The notes below the pieces were generated by a model, which saw only the letters and a list, made by a program, of their open reading frames with translations, had not been told where the DNA came from and ran no database searches. From contig JAWQFM010000022.1 of assembly GCA_033442325.1 (NCBI GenBank), positions 1,044,615 through 1,108,614 of the forward strand: a DNA stretch of 64,000 bases. The letters run 5' to 3'. The DNA is from Salpingoeca rosetta. Its lineage: Eukaryota; Protista; Choanoflagellata. Below are positions 18,120 to 35,598 of the stretch, in pieces. The number at the start of each line of letters is the position of its first letter. Position 1 is the stretch's first letter. A program made the position numbers and the translations under genes.

Positions 18120-18705
18120 GCGCACACACGTGTCCACCCCGCCTCCTCCACCTCCGCGAGCCCACATCTCAAGAACGCCGTGTTTGGACTCTGTGGCTTT
18201 GTTTTGCAGTTGCGTTTGAGGCGATGGCGAGAGTGATGATGTGTTGCATGTGTTATCACAGTGCACGCGCCATGCAAGCCTAACATCACGATCGCAGTCA
18301 AGTGCCCCTCCTTTTGTCGTTTGTGTGGTCCGAAGAAATGAACCGATGAGAGATGAATGGAAACGAGCTCATTAATGTAATGTCAACCATAGCCTGGTGC
18401 TGTCGAAAGCCTCATGCTGTGTATTGGGCGAGGAACCCATGAACACGCACACATTCGCAGTGATGTGACGTGCACTGCATGCGACGATGCTGCGATGATC
18501 AGGGTGCGCGAAATCTGTAGTTGACTATTTGGATGGGTGCGGAGAGAAGGGCACACTCAGAACAAGAGAGAAGAGGGTGTGGGTGGGACAGATGGAAACA
18601 GCACGAACTTGCTTGCTTGCTTGCATGCATGCAGTTGGCAATGAGGGTTGCTCCTCGTGTTTCTTGTCTTCACATCACGTGCAATGCCAGCAGCAAAGGG
18701 CAGCC

Positions 18706-22042
<3,337 letters not shown>

Positions 22043-22335
22043 CCTCGCTGCCTTTCTTCTCTGGCGTCTTGATCTCTATCGCGGTGTTGCAGTGAACAAG
22101 AAGGGTGTTGTGTATGGCTGTATGTGTTGTTGCACAATGCCAATGTGTTTTTCAGACGCAGAAAACGGGACACGCCTTCCTCTTCTTCTTCGTTTGCGTG
22201 TCTGCTCTGGTATGGTGTGGTGTGGTGTCTTGGTGTGGTGTCTGCTGTGCGACCTCTCACCTCACTTTATGTTAGTTTGGAATGATGTACTTGGTAGGCG
22301 ACAGTGGTGGTTGGCCGCAGAGCAAGCAATGTAAC

Positions 22336-22390
<55 letters not shown>

Positions 22391-22603
22391 CACAAAGCAG
22401 GCAAGGCGCAGTGCAGTGGGCTGTCAGATGAACAAGCACACCAGCACAAAAACCAAACAGCGTGTAACACAGAACCAACAACACATGAAGCAAAGCGTAA
22501 GTGAAACAGCCATTCACAGCAGCCACGGCCCTTCCTTTGCCCATTGGGTGCAGCTATCATATCACATCTTGCGTCCCCCATGAAACAATCAAGCACGTCA
22601 TCA

Positions 22604-23138
22604 TCACAGCGATGGTGGGAACTTGGTGTTGAACCGCTTGACAAACTTGGCCACATGCCCAAACTTGGCCCCAGATTCCATCATCTGCTTGCGGAATTCC
22701 GAGCCGAGGTCAATGCAGGCACGGCATGCCTCCACATCGTCCACGCCAAGCTCCTTCAACACGGGCCCAAGGGTGCGCGCAAACCCTTCCTGTCGCAGCC
22801 ACGCCCAGAACACAGCGTGGGCAGGTGGCTGCGTTGTTGCTGCAGCTGTCGTCGCTGTTGTTCCTGCAGCTGCAGCAGCAGCAACAGCTGTTCTCACAGC
22901 GTTTGACTGCGTCACATTCAAGTGGTGTATGTGTGTGTGTGTGTGTGTGTGCGTGCGTGTGAGTATTGGAGAAATGTTGCAAGCTTTCATGGTGAGCGTC
23001 TTCAACCCATCATCAAACTGAATTGCCATTCTCACCGTGCGAGCACGCGCAGCAGGGTGCCTCCCATGGGACTGAGGTGTCCCGCCATGTGCGTGGCCAT
23101 TGCTGCCCTGTTCACGTGCACCCTGGGAGCGCGCGCGT

Positions 23139-23185
<47 letters not shown>

Positions 23186-26100
23186 TTTCTGCTGCTGCTG
23201 TTGTTGTTGTTTTTGCTGTTGCATTCGTCGCTGCTGCTGCTGTTGTTTCTGCTGCTGCTGTTGTTGTTGTTTTTGCTGTTGCATTCGTCGCTGCTGCTGC
23301 TGTTGTTTCTGCTGCTGCTGCTGTCGGCGTTGCAGTGCCTGTTGTCGCTGCCACAGCCGTTCGTCGTGTCGCAGTTGCTCCTGCCGCCGCTGCATCTCGC
23401 GCACCTCCTGCCGCCGCACTTCAGCAGCAGAAAGACCGCTCACGCGTCGGCCATCACCACTGGCATCCGCAGCGCCCCTTGCGTCCCCACCATTGCCACC
23501 ATCGTCGTGGCCATCGTTGTCATCATCATCATCATCATCACCGTCATCATCCTTCACAATCACGGCTGCCCTGTCGCTGCCACCGCGGCGCTGGGCACTG
23601 GCGGCGGGTGCAGATGACGATGACGATGATGATGACTCGGAAGCCCGGGTGCGGGCGGCTGTCTCAACTTGCTGCATCTAATATGGGTTTAGCACGCATG
23701 CATACATGGAGCGAACATGTGAGTGTTCGGCGCTGAAAGCGAGTGTCGTGTATGTGTGCTGTGTATATGCTTGTGCAGTGCGGTGCGCGACAGCACAAGG
23801 GATTGATGAGTAGACACGCACACACGCAGATACACACGCAGACACACAACTACGCGGAACAAGTGAGTGCTGGTGATGTACACATCATCAAACATACGAT
23901 GACTTTCTGCAGAACGGCAACTGTCTCCTTGTCGTCAGCGTCCTGCGCAAGATGAATGGGCAGGCGGCCCTGCGACAGGTTGCGTTGCAGATGTGCATGC
24001 AGTTTCGTTGGTTGATGATGTGTGCATGCGTGTGTGTGCGTGCATACGTGTGTGTGTGTGTGTGCGTGTATAAGAGAGAGAGAGAGTGTGTGTGTGTGCG
24101 TGCACCTGTGCATCGCCGATGGTTGCATTTGCCTCGGCAGTCAGAAGCACCTGCACCACGTCCTTCTTCTGGGCATGCACAGCATGGTGCAAAGCCGTCC
24201 ACCCCTGAGAGTCATACATGCAACAGGAAGAGGGCGGTGTGAGATTGGTATGCCAGGCGGTTCGTGAACACGCGCGCAGGCATTGGAGGTGCGAGGCGAT
24301 GAAAGAATGAAGACTGGGAACAGACTATCCACAGCACAAACTTGATGGAAAAAGGCAAGAAGAGATGAGATCACACACGCATACACACGCGCGCGCACAC
24401 ACACGCGCACACACGCGCACACACAAACACACACATTCGCACTGTGAACGCACAATATTGTCTTGGATGTCCGGTTTTCCACCGTTGTCGAGGAGGAGTT
24501 TGGCAATGGCGGGAAATCCTTCCATCGCTGCGTGATGCAATGCAGTGCGGCCCTGAATTGCGACCATTGACCAGTCACATCACCAAGAGTAAGCGGATGA
24601 AAGACGTGGATCTTGAAAGAATGGCAGGTGGAGGGGAAGAGAAACAGGCAAGCAAAGAGGCCAGCAGCAAACAGAGCACACACACAAGGAATCCCGCGAA
24701 CGCACACGAGCAAGCACGCACACTCCAACACACACACATACACACACACTCTCTCTCTCCCACATGCACACATACAACCACGCACACACACACACACACA
24801 CCTTGTCATCCTGCTCGTTTGGGTCTGCGCCTCTCTGCAGGTGAGCGCTGGCGTAATCGGCATTGCCGGCGTGGCATGCCGCGTGCAGCGGATACAGGGC
24901 AGACAGCAGCGTCGCAACCGCGGTCGGCCTGTTCTGGGCACGCGCAATGTCCAGCGGTGTCTGGCCCTGTGAACTCAAAACCACACACACACACATGTAC
25001 ACATAAACAATGTCATGGGTCAGGTGAGGTTTGCAGTTTTTCCATACGCACGGATGAAACACGTGAACGTTTGTTTGTGTGCGTGAATCACAGTGCAGGT
25101 CAGCCCATGTGTATTTACTCTTCACACAGACACAGCAGTCTTCGCACGCACGTGTTCGTCTTTCAGTGTTGGGTTTGCGCCGAGGCTGAGCAGCATCTCA
25201 AGCGTCTCGTCGTTGTGCGCGCCCGCAAAGTGTGCCGGTGTGTGGCCCTATTGGTGAAGGTGGCGATGGTGAGCGTTGGTGTGTGATGGGTGATGAGTGT
25301 GTTTGGAGCAAACAAGATACTTGTGGCTCGATGATGTTATGTTATCCAAAACAAAACTTGCATGCGTGTGTGTGTGTGTGTGTGTGTGATTGTGGCGCGG
25401 TGGAATTGGGTGGATCAGGGGGGAGTCATTTTTGGCTTGCTCAAAGGCCACGCACGGCCAAGCCCGGATACACAGCGCACGGCAGCACGCCCAGACCTGG
25501 TTGGAAGCGGCGTTGACATCGGCGCCACGCTCCACCAGCAGATGGACAATGCCGGGGGTGTGGGCGACGTGAAGTGCTTGGCGGCCCTGTAACGCGCGTC
25601 GCACAACCGGTAAGACAACAGTGATGAGCGCTTGCATTCGCAACCACGGACAGGAGGCAGCCACGCCTGTACACTTGGTGCACTTGCATACGTACACACA
25701 CAGGCACACAAGCAAACTTGTTCGCAGGTACGCGCAGTCACACACACACACATACGCACGCACGCACGCACGCAAGCAGAAAAGCACAACTTGTACACCT
25801 CGTTGTCTTTGTCCTGCACGGTTGCGCCGTGCTCCAGCAGCAGATTCACGAGCTCTGCAAAGCCACGTTGGCTGGCCTGATACAGCGGTGTCTTGCCCTG
25901 TGGCATCGCGCACAACAGGAAGAAACAAGGGACCACATGATCATGTTTGGTGTGAGCGTGGCACATGCCGCCAACAAATGCAACCGAACACACACAGAGA
26001 GAGAGAGAGACACACACACACAGAGAGACAGAGAGAGAGAGAGAGAGAGAGTGTGTGTGTGTTTGTGACACACACACACACGCACATACACACACATACA

Positions 26101-26653
26101 AACACAAGCACACAGAAACACACGAATGGACATTTCGAGGCGCACCGCGTGGTCTTTGATGGAAGGGTTGGCGCCGCGCTGGAGAAGGAGCTCGGCCAAC
26201 GGCAGATCGCCGCTTCGGGTGGCATAGTGCAGCCCAGTAGCACCCTTGCACGAGTATCCATCATCGATATTCCAAAGTAACGCAGCCACAAGTGGAAGCA
26301 AGGCCAAGCAAGCGAGAAGGGAAGCGTGCATGACAAGCGACTGTGAGCGCGCGCATGATTGTGTCTCAGTGCTCCAAAAAGACGCAAGCAACAACAACAC
26401 ACACCGCCACAGCCAGAAGGAAATGACAGCCATCCAGAACAGGGAAGCAACCATCATCACCGCCAGGACAACCACGATCAGAACGATCAGGACAGCCAAG
26501 ACCACAACCACGACCACGACTGCACACATGCGCAAGTCTCACATGCTCGTCTCGTTCGTTGACGTCCTTTGCACGGGAGAGCCAGCCTCCGTTCAGCAGC
26601 GAGGTGACCTTCCGCACATCCCCTTCAATACACGCTTCGTGAAGAGCACCCAT
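22604..26653 (-). CDS. Ankyrin-repeat protein with polyQ linker and C-terminal SAM-like domain, multi-exon
   Basis: Many ANK motifs ([48 protein letters not shown]); C-terminus [28 protein letters not shown] resembles SAM. Confidence 0.8.
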
Positions 26654-26960
26654 CCTCCCTTTCCTTGCGCGTTGACGCTGACGTGGGCTTGGGCTGTGTC
26701 TAGTGGATCAATGAGTGTGGGTGGTGTGGACAAACGTGTTGTGTCGACGTGAACGTCAGCAGTGCAGCTGTCCTTCTCACAGTCCGCACGGCAACCAAAA
26801 CAAATAATTTGTGGTGTCGTGAGCCGTCGACAGTTCGATTCGGTTTTGTCGTCGTTCAGCAACAGCCAGATCACACAACCAAGCAACCAACCAGGCAAGA
26901 AGGCAAGACGGCACCGCCCATCGCTTGCTTGTTGTCACATCGCGCATCATCGGAGCGACG

Positions 26961-27559
26961 ATGTTCAGGGGCAAGTATGAGCCGTATGCGGAGCCGGCGC
27001 TGGCCACAATCCGCGGCCTGCTGTGTGCGGGCGAAGAAGGCGACAGCATGAAGCGCGTAGGCGTGGTTGCTGTGGCCATTGCCAGCCAGATGAGCCATCT
27101 CCACGAGCACCGGCGCTTGTCACAGGCACTCACCAGCCCACCACCAACGCAGCAGCCCACACCACACAGGCACCAGCAGCCTGCTCAGCGACAGCCCTCC
27201 CGTGCACCAGCACGACCCACGCCACGAGCAGCCACAACACCCGCGCGCCCAGCAGAACCAGTGCCCAGCACCAGCACGATCAGCGGCGGGGCTGGCGATA
27301 TCGATGACTCGCTCGTCCTGCGGCGCGCGATTGATCAAGCCGCAGCCACGTGGCACCTCACCCGTGATGAGGAGGCCCTGCTGCAAGACGGCAGCGTGTA
27401 TGTGGACAAGAGCAAGTGGCAGTTTCTGTTCCAGGACGTGCATACCCTCTGTGTCGGACCACATGCACCGAGCCTCTACCTTGATGTTGCCGCCACCTTT
27501 GCAGCCAAAGCCACCGTCATTCGCACCGTGAGTTCTGCAACCTTGGTTGCAGCGTGTGC

Positions 27560-27595
<36 letters not shown>

Positions 27596-27875
27596 TAGAT
27601 AGAGAGAGAGTGTGTGTGTGGGTGCGGATGTACGTGTGCATGTGTATATGTGTACGTGCGTTTGTGGATGATAGCGTGCATGTCACATCGACACGCATTC
27701 ATGCGTGTACTATTCATCGTACCTGTTAGGAACTGGCGCGGTCGGCTGAAGACGGGTTCTTGCTGCGGTACCGGGAGGCATTCAGCAAATACAGAGATGC
27801 CATCACTTACATAGACATGGCGTGCAAGTGCGTGCACTGCTCTCTGTTGAAGTGGGGCAAACTTGTCCACAAATA

Positions 27876-27943
<68 letters not shown>

Positions 27944-29766
27944 CGCTTGTGTTCGCACCTATCCGTGTTGCATTGCGTACCCTCGTTCGTTTGCGTGTCG
28001 GCCATGTCTCATCCCTATCAGCTCACACGCGCCCCGTGCCTGATGGTGTCTCTCCCCAGGTTCATCAACGACAACCTACTGCACCAAGATCGCGCCAAGA
28101 AGCAAACCCGTCTCTCATCGTGGAACAGGGTGTGTGAGTGTGTGTGTGTGTGTGTGTCCGGGCGAACACGTCAGTATCATTGCTGAAACGTTGACCTGCG
28201 TCTTCCTGGTGCCTGCATGCATGCTTGCGTTGTGCGCTGTGTACAGGTCCATGATCTTGGCATGAAAATGTGGCGGGAGCGCGTGTACTCGCCGCTGAAG
28301 GACATTCTCCTCACAGACGCCTTTAAAGAGGTGTGTCATCGCCTGCACATGCTGTTGCTGTATCCCTTCTTGATTGTTGCTTGCCATTCATCCACATCGC
28401 CATCGCCACATACGCACATACGCACACACCCCCGCACGCACACACCCCCGCACGCACACACACACACACACACACACGCACACACGCACGCGCGCACACA
28501 CACACACACGCACACACACACACACACACCATGTCCTCCACCTCATTCATCACCACCCTCGTGTTGCATCGTGCAGGTGGCAAACGCGCGTAAGGGCCTG
28601 TCGACAAGCGAGCACACGCTGGCGGGCGTCCTCCAATCCATGCTGGACATGTGTTCCGATCTGGACCAGCCCGCCACCGTGTACACGTGCGACTTTGAGC
28701 AGCCGTTCCTGGCGACAACACGCCAGCAGTTTATGGAGGAGAGCCGTGCGTTCTTGCAGGACCACGGCGCGCGTGACTACCTCAAGTGGGCGAGTGCACA
28801 ACTCGACAGCGAGCTGCTTCGAAGCCGCGTTGTCCTGCGTCCACTGAGCCAGCCCAAGCTCCTGGACACATGTGCAGACGCACTCGTCCGCGACCACCTC
28901 GACACATTCACCACACACGCAAAGGTCGCAGTGTGGCTTTTGCCGCATGTGTGTCGTGTAGAGACAGAGAGAGAGAGTGTGTGTGTGTGTTTGAGAGAGA
29001 GAGAGAGTGTGTGTGTGTGTGTGTGCACATGTGTGTTCACATGCGTGTACATGTGCCTGTCCTATCGTGTACTTGTAGTGCATGAATTGTTATGGGTCGT
29101 GTGCTTCGTGTTCGTTCAGCATCTGCACATTTGCACGTTCGCACTTATATCCTCACTGACACCACCACCACCACCACCACCACCATCATCACCATCACTG
29201 GTGCGGCAGGCGATGCTTGAGGAGGAGCAGGAGGAAGACCTTGGCCGGCTGTACGATCTGCTCACGCGCACGGGCGATGTGCAGATGCTCACGTCCGAGT
29301 ACACGCAGCACGTCACCGCCACAGGCACCGCCCGCATGGACCAGCTCAAGCAAGCGCGCAACCTGGTGCGGTCATGGCAAGGGGGATGGCGTTGGGTGGT
29401 GTGGGGTGGGGTGTGGGATGTGGGATGCTTTGTCGTGTGATCTTGTAGTGGAGTGGGGTGGGGGTGGAGAGCGCGCGTGTTTTTGCTGTTGTTGCATAGC
29501 GTTGTGTCTTCAAGCAGTTGTGTGCAACGCCTAGCAACGCACCTCACCACCACCTACCAACCGGCCACCCATGACCCCTGCCAAAAGACTGCGCCGACGT
29601 ATTTTGATGCGATGTGCAGCCTGCACACCAAGTTCATCACGATGGCACGAGACGTGTTCCGTGGCGATCCCCTCTTCCTCGCCGCCCTCGACCGCGCGTG
29701 CACACTCGTCGCAAACTTCGACACAGCGAAGGTCGCCCTGCCAGCGCTGTATCGTGCAGTGTTGTG

Positions 29767-29843
<77 letters not shown>

Positions 29844-30498
29844 TGGATCTTTGCAAAGACAATTGCAATCACACGCACAGAGGCGTGACCGTGGTTGTGC
29901 AGGCTGTTGCACGCGCTTATTGTTAGGGGCGTGAGGCATTGCACAAGATTATGCTCACCTCGCGAATGCACACACGCGTCGTTCGATTGTGTACAGGCGC
30001 CGGAGTATCTTGCCAAAGTGTGCGATCAGACGCTGAAGCGTTCGTCAAAGTCGGCCATCACAGAGGAGGATATGGACACGCGCCTCAAGCAGATTGTGCG
30101 TCCATTGCCGTCGTGGGGGCGGGGGGGGGGTGGTGTTGTTTTGTTGGGACTGGGACTCGTCCAGTCTTGCATGATTTTGCTCGCCGCAACTGTTGTTCAA
30201 CGTCGCGTGCTTCATGCGCACATTCACACACACATACACACACACCACACACACACACACACTTATACAAACGTACAATCTCACACACACACACATATAC
30301 ACACCACTTGCGGAAACCAGATCACCATCTTCAGCTTCTTGCAAGACAAGGACGTGTTTCAGAAGTTTTACTCGCGGCACCTCGCGCGTCGCCTCATCCA
30401 GCAGACATCCGTCTCAGAGGAGGTGCGGCGCTGGTGGCGATGATGATGATGGTGGCCACGGTGGTGGTGACAGCAATGTTGTGGGTTTCGCGCACTCA

Positions 30499-30532
<34 letters not shown>

Positions 30533-31030
30533 CACTCACTCACACACACGCACACTCACTCACTCACTCACGCGCGCGCGCACACACACACACACGCACA
30601 CTCACACACTCACTCACACACTCACTCACTCACACACTCACTCACTCACACACACTCTCACTCACTCACACACTCACTCACTCACGCGCGCACACACACA
30701 CACACGCACACGTACATACAAACCGTGGCGTTGCTTACAGGCTGAGCAAGACATGATTGGGCAGTTGAAGGCCATGTGCGGGTTTGAGTTTACGAGCAAG
30801 CTGCAGCGCATGTTCACGGATGTGACCATTTCCGGGCATTTGGAGACGGAATTCAAGTCTGCCGCCGCATCCAGCGACGAGCCGCTGCCCACCAACATGC
30901 ACGTCCTCGTCCTACAAACAGGGGCTTGGCCTCTGAGTAGCTCGTCGGATGTTGTGCTGCGTCTCCCGCCCGCCCTCGCATCGTGTGCACAGCGCTTTGA
31001 GCAGTTTTACCAGGTGTGTGTGTGTGTGTG

Positions 31031-31087
<57 letters not shown>

Positions 31088-31144
31088 GTCTCTCTCTCTC
31101 TCTCTCTCTCGCTCTCTGTCTCTCTCTCTCTCTGTCTGTCTCTC

Positions 31145-31181
<37 letters not shown>

Positions 31182-32670
31182 TGCTTTCACGCGCCAAACT
31201 ATCAACTGGCCCGTATCGTTCGTTATGTCTCGACTGACGGCGCTGCTGGCAATGGCTGCAGGCGAAGCACACGGGCCGCAAGCTGACGTGGCTGTACAGC
31301 TACTCCACGGCGGAGATGAAGGCCCGCCTGGCCAAGGTCTACGACTTTACCACCACAGCGTATCAGGTATACACACACACACTTGCTGTCTCAGCGCTCG
31401 TTGGCGTGCACACGGCTTAATTGCGGGCCGTTTTGCTGTTGCTCGCCTTGTCACCGCGAGCTAACCACACATACAAGCAACCAAACACACAACCTCAACA
31501 AAACAACCCCCCCCCACACACACACACAACCAAGCGAACCAATACCTAACCAGACCAAACCAAACCAAATCAAACCACATAATCAAACGACATAATCAAA
31601 CGACATGTGCAGATGGCGGTGCTGCTGCACTTCAACCACGCGACAGAGGCGACGGTCGGCACGTTACAGGAACAGACGCAGCTAGCTGACACCACCCTCG
31701 CTCGCACGCTGTCGTCTCTCGTGGCGGCACACGTACTCAAGCCGCAGCAGGAAGGGCAGTCCCTTGCACAACCAGGTGACATGACCGCACCTCGCACCCC
31801 TGTGATATGCGCCACCTTGCTGTGATCTTTTGAGTTGCACATGTCCTTGGTTGCATGCATGACACACACACACACACGCACGCACGCACACACACACACA
31901 CCCGTCGCATCACACACACACACACACGCGCGCGCGCACACACACACACACACAACCGTCGCATCACATGCTGCCGCCTTCCCTTACCTGCGCGACGTGT
32001 CAACACACACATTGATATCCCACATTTCACACCACTTCCCCTATCCCACGGCCGGGCAGACGCCGCGGATGTGTTCAAGCTGAACACGCGCTACAACAAC
32101 AAGCGCACGCGTGTGCGCATCTCGGCTGCATTCCAGAAGGAAACGGCTGCTGTTGATCGTCAGCACACACGCAAGGCCGTCGACGCAGACAGACACCTCT
32201 TCCTCAAGGTAAACGTGCGCGCGCGTGCGTTTCCGTGTGTGTGTGTGTATGAACGTACCTGTGTAGACAGGCGTGCTCCTCTCTGCCTTTGTATGTGCGT
32301 GCTTGCAGCTGACTGCTCATTGCTGTGTCTTTTTTTTGATGTCGTGATGTGATGCTGTCTGCATACATCAGGCGACTGGCGTGCGCGTGATGAAGATGAG
32401 GAAGACGCTCCACTACAACGACCTTGTCCAGGTCTGTGTCTGTATGTGTGTGTCTGTGTGTCTGTCTGTGCATCTGTCTGTCTGGGTGACCTCACGTGCG
32501 AGCTGCTGCTGTATCTTCATCCCCACAGGAAATTATTGAGATGAGCAAGAGCCGCTTCAAGCCGCCGATTCCAGCCATCAAGAAATGCATCGAGGTCAGT
32601 GTGCACACACGCACGCGCTGGCCGCTCTGCAGTTGTGTGTGTACATGCGTCTGTACTTGTTTGTTTGGAC

Positions 32671-32709
<39 letters not shown>

Positions 32710-32786
32710 GACTGTCATCCACGACCAGAGAGAACCTTCCTTTTGTCCTCTGTTGTTGCTCACACCCTGGAATTCGCCCATGTTTT

Positions 32787-32825
<39 letters not shown>

Positions 32826-32894
32826 GAGATGATTGATGAGCAGTACATTCGCCGGGAGGACGGCAACCGCGCAATGCTCTCATACATCGCTTGA
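26961..32894 (+). CDS. CUL2: Cullin (CUL2-like), multi-exon
   Basis: APEYLAKVCDQTLK, DKDVFQKFYSRHLARRLI, CGFEFTSKLQRMFTD, GRKLTWLY, neddylation motif VRVMKMRKTL, IKKCIEEMIDEQYI. N-terminal W..LF.DVH.LC is CUL2/CUL5-like. Cullin identity is certain; the paralog call is less so. Confidence 0.8.
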
Positions 32895-33228
32895 CGCCCC
32901 CGCTGTGTGTGTGTGTGTGTGTCGCCCTGTGCGCAACAACTTGCAGTAAACCAGTCTCCTCAAAGCCCACACGCCGGTTTTCCCGACGTTCACTTGCAAC
33001 CACAACCCACATGTGTGTATGCACTCGAGCTTGCGCCAACGCAAGCCATCATAACAGCAGCCAACAGTGATCAACACACAACACGCACTAACCCATGCAT
33101 GTACAGTCATAACAGTTACACCACAAAGAAGCAAACAGGGTTGAAGAAAGTTGCGCATCAACATGTTCATCATCAAACCGCAACCATAACCCCCCCCCTC
33201 CACACAGACAGACACAGACACACGGGGT

Positions 33229-35567
33229 CTAGAAGATGCCCTTGGCGCGGAGATCGTGCTTATCAAACGACAAGCCATCCAACGTGGTGTACGCGTCGTA
33301 ACAAAGCTGCGGAAACTCGCTCGCTTGAATGCGCTGCGCAACAGCGCGGTCGGTGGCAATGGCGCCCATCATCACGCACGCCTCGCTCTGAACGTGCCGG
33401 TCGCTCTTGTGTGTTCGCATTGCAGCCAGCGCCACGTCGATGCCGCCCTTGTCTGCAATCGTGCGCCTCTCGTAGGAGTTGCCGGCCAGCGCACCCAGCG
33501 CCTCGCACCCGCGCCCCTGCATGTCTCCGTTGTTGGCGAACCTCTTCATTGCATCCAGCACCACATCAACACCGCCCTGCGCAAAGGCCTCCTTCCTGCA
33601 TACCCAATATGCAGAGAGGAGCACAAGCGTTTCGCATGCCCGCTTCTGCACATTGACGCTGACGCTGAGAGCCACCATTGCGGCCAACACGGCGGCGACT
33701 GCTCCGCTCTTCGCCAGGGCGCGCGTGGTGGAGGTGGCGCCCTCGCACAAAGCAGCCACTGCAGAACACGAAGTCCACACCACTTTTTCGTTGTTCCTGT
33801 GCGTCTTCATGGCAGCCACCACGGTATCCATGCCGCCCGCTGTTGCAACCTTCTTCTTGATGGCCTTGCTGTCATATGCCATGCTCCACAACGCCTCGCA
33901 CGCCGGTGTCTGCACCTCTGGGTCTGTGCTGTGGCGTTGCATGGCCAGCACCACACAAGCAACTGCACCTTTGCCTGCAACTGTCGCTGCAATCGCGTTG
34001 TCCCTCGCCAACGCGGTCAGGGTGCTGCACGCCTGGGCCTGCACTGCGCCATCGTCAATGAACACGTGCATCGCCGCCAGCACAGCGTCGGCAGCATGCT
34101 GGGTTGTGGCGAAGCTGATGTTGTTGTGGTTCGCTATCCTTGATAGCACAGAGCACCCCTGCTCCTGCACAGGTTGCTCACATCTGTATTGCTTCATCGC
34201 CTCCAAGACAGCCTCAGTTCCGCCCTTGCTTGCGACGGCAGTCGCACTGTGGGCGTCGAAGCACAACGAGTTGAGTGCACCGAGAGCGTTCTCCACCACC
34301 TCTGCGTTGCTGCTGTGGCTCTTCATCGCACTCAGAATGACATCGACCCCACCGTTTCGCGTAATTGTGACCTGCATCTTGTCGTGCTTGTCGTCACCCT
34401 CTGCCAACGCTGCCAGCAGCATGCACCCGTAGGCGTACACGTCGGCGTTGTCGCCGTGCACGCCCATCGCCCGTAGCAGAAGCCCCATCATGTTGTCGCT
34501 GCAGAAGGTACGCAGCAGTGGTTCGTTGCCGATACGTTGCACCACCTGCGTCAGCGCACGCAAAGCGGCAGCACAGTGCCTGGCATCCGCACAGTTGGTG
34601 CCGATTGCACACAAGAGGAGAGCCCCACGGCACGCGGTGTTTGCGATAGTCTGGGCACTGTCAGGGCTGGAAGTTGCCACCTCTCCCAGCACGCGCCACC
34701 CCCATCGCTGTATGTCCGCATCAGGCTTGTGGTCGAGCATTACGCGCATCACGACATCAATTCCGCCCTCGTCTGCGATGCACTGTTGGTTGCCGTCGTG
34801 GAGGGACAGCTGCATCAGCGCAGCGCACGCGCGCTCTCGCACGTTTGCCAACGTGCACTTCCTCATGACACGCAGCAGCACGCCAACGCCTCCCAGCACT
34901 GCAATTGTCCGCTTATTGACGGCGTTTTCTGAGGCGATGAGCGCCAGCACATGGCATCCTTGCTGTTGCACTTCTTTGGCCTTGCGCTTGGCCTGCATGG
35001 CCCTCAGGACAACATCAATGCCGCCCTTGCCAACAATCTCGCACACGGTGCTACCGCTGTTCAAGGCCAGCTTCTGCAGCGCGCAGCACGCCTGCGCCTG
35101 CACCCTTGCGCTGCCTGCGTGGCGCCTCATTGCACTCAGCAGGGCGTCAACGGCACCGGCAGCAGCCCCCGCTGCGCGCTTTGCCTCGCTGGCCTGCGCC
35201 TGCTTCGCCAGTGCCGCGCAGCACGCTTGCTGCACTGCCGCCGAGTACGAGAAGGTCTTTGTCATGGTCTTGACAATGTCGACCGCAGGCGTGTTGGCGC
35301 CGTTCTGCTCGAGATGGTGGATGGCGTCCTGCTCATCCTCACCCAGCGTGACCTCAGTGGTGGGCTGTGTCGCCTGTGCTGCGTCGCTGTCGCCCCAATC
35401 GTTGTTGTCGTCGCCAGCGTCATCGTAGTCATTGTTGTTGTTGCTGCTGCTGCTGCTGCTGGTGCTGCTGCTGGTGGTGATGTTGGTGGTGGTGCTGGTG
35501 GTGGTGATGTTGGTGGTGGTGGTGCTGCTGCTGGTGGTGGTGGTGGTGGTGTTGGTGTTGGTGTTGG

Positions 35568-35598
<31 letters not shown>

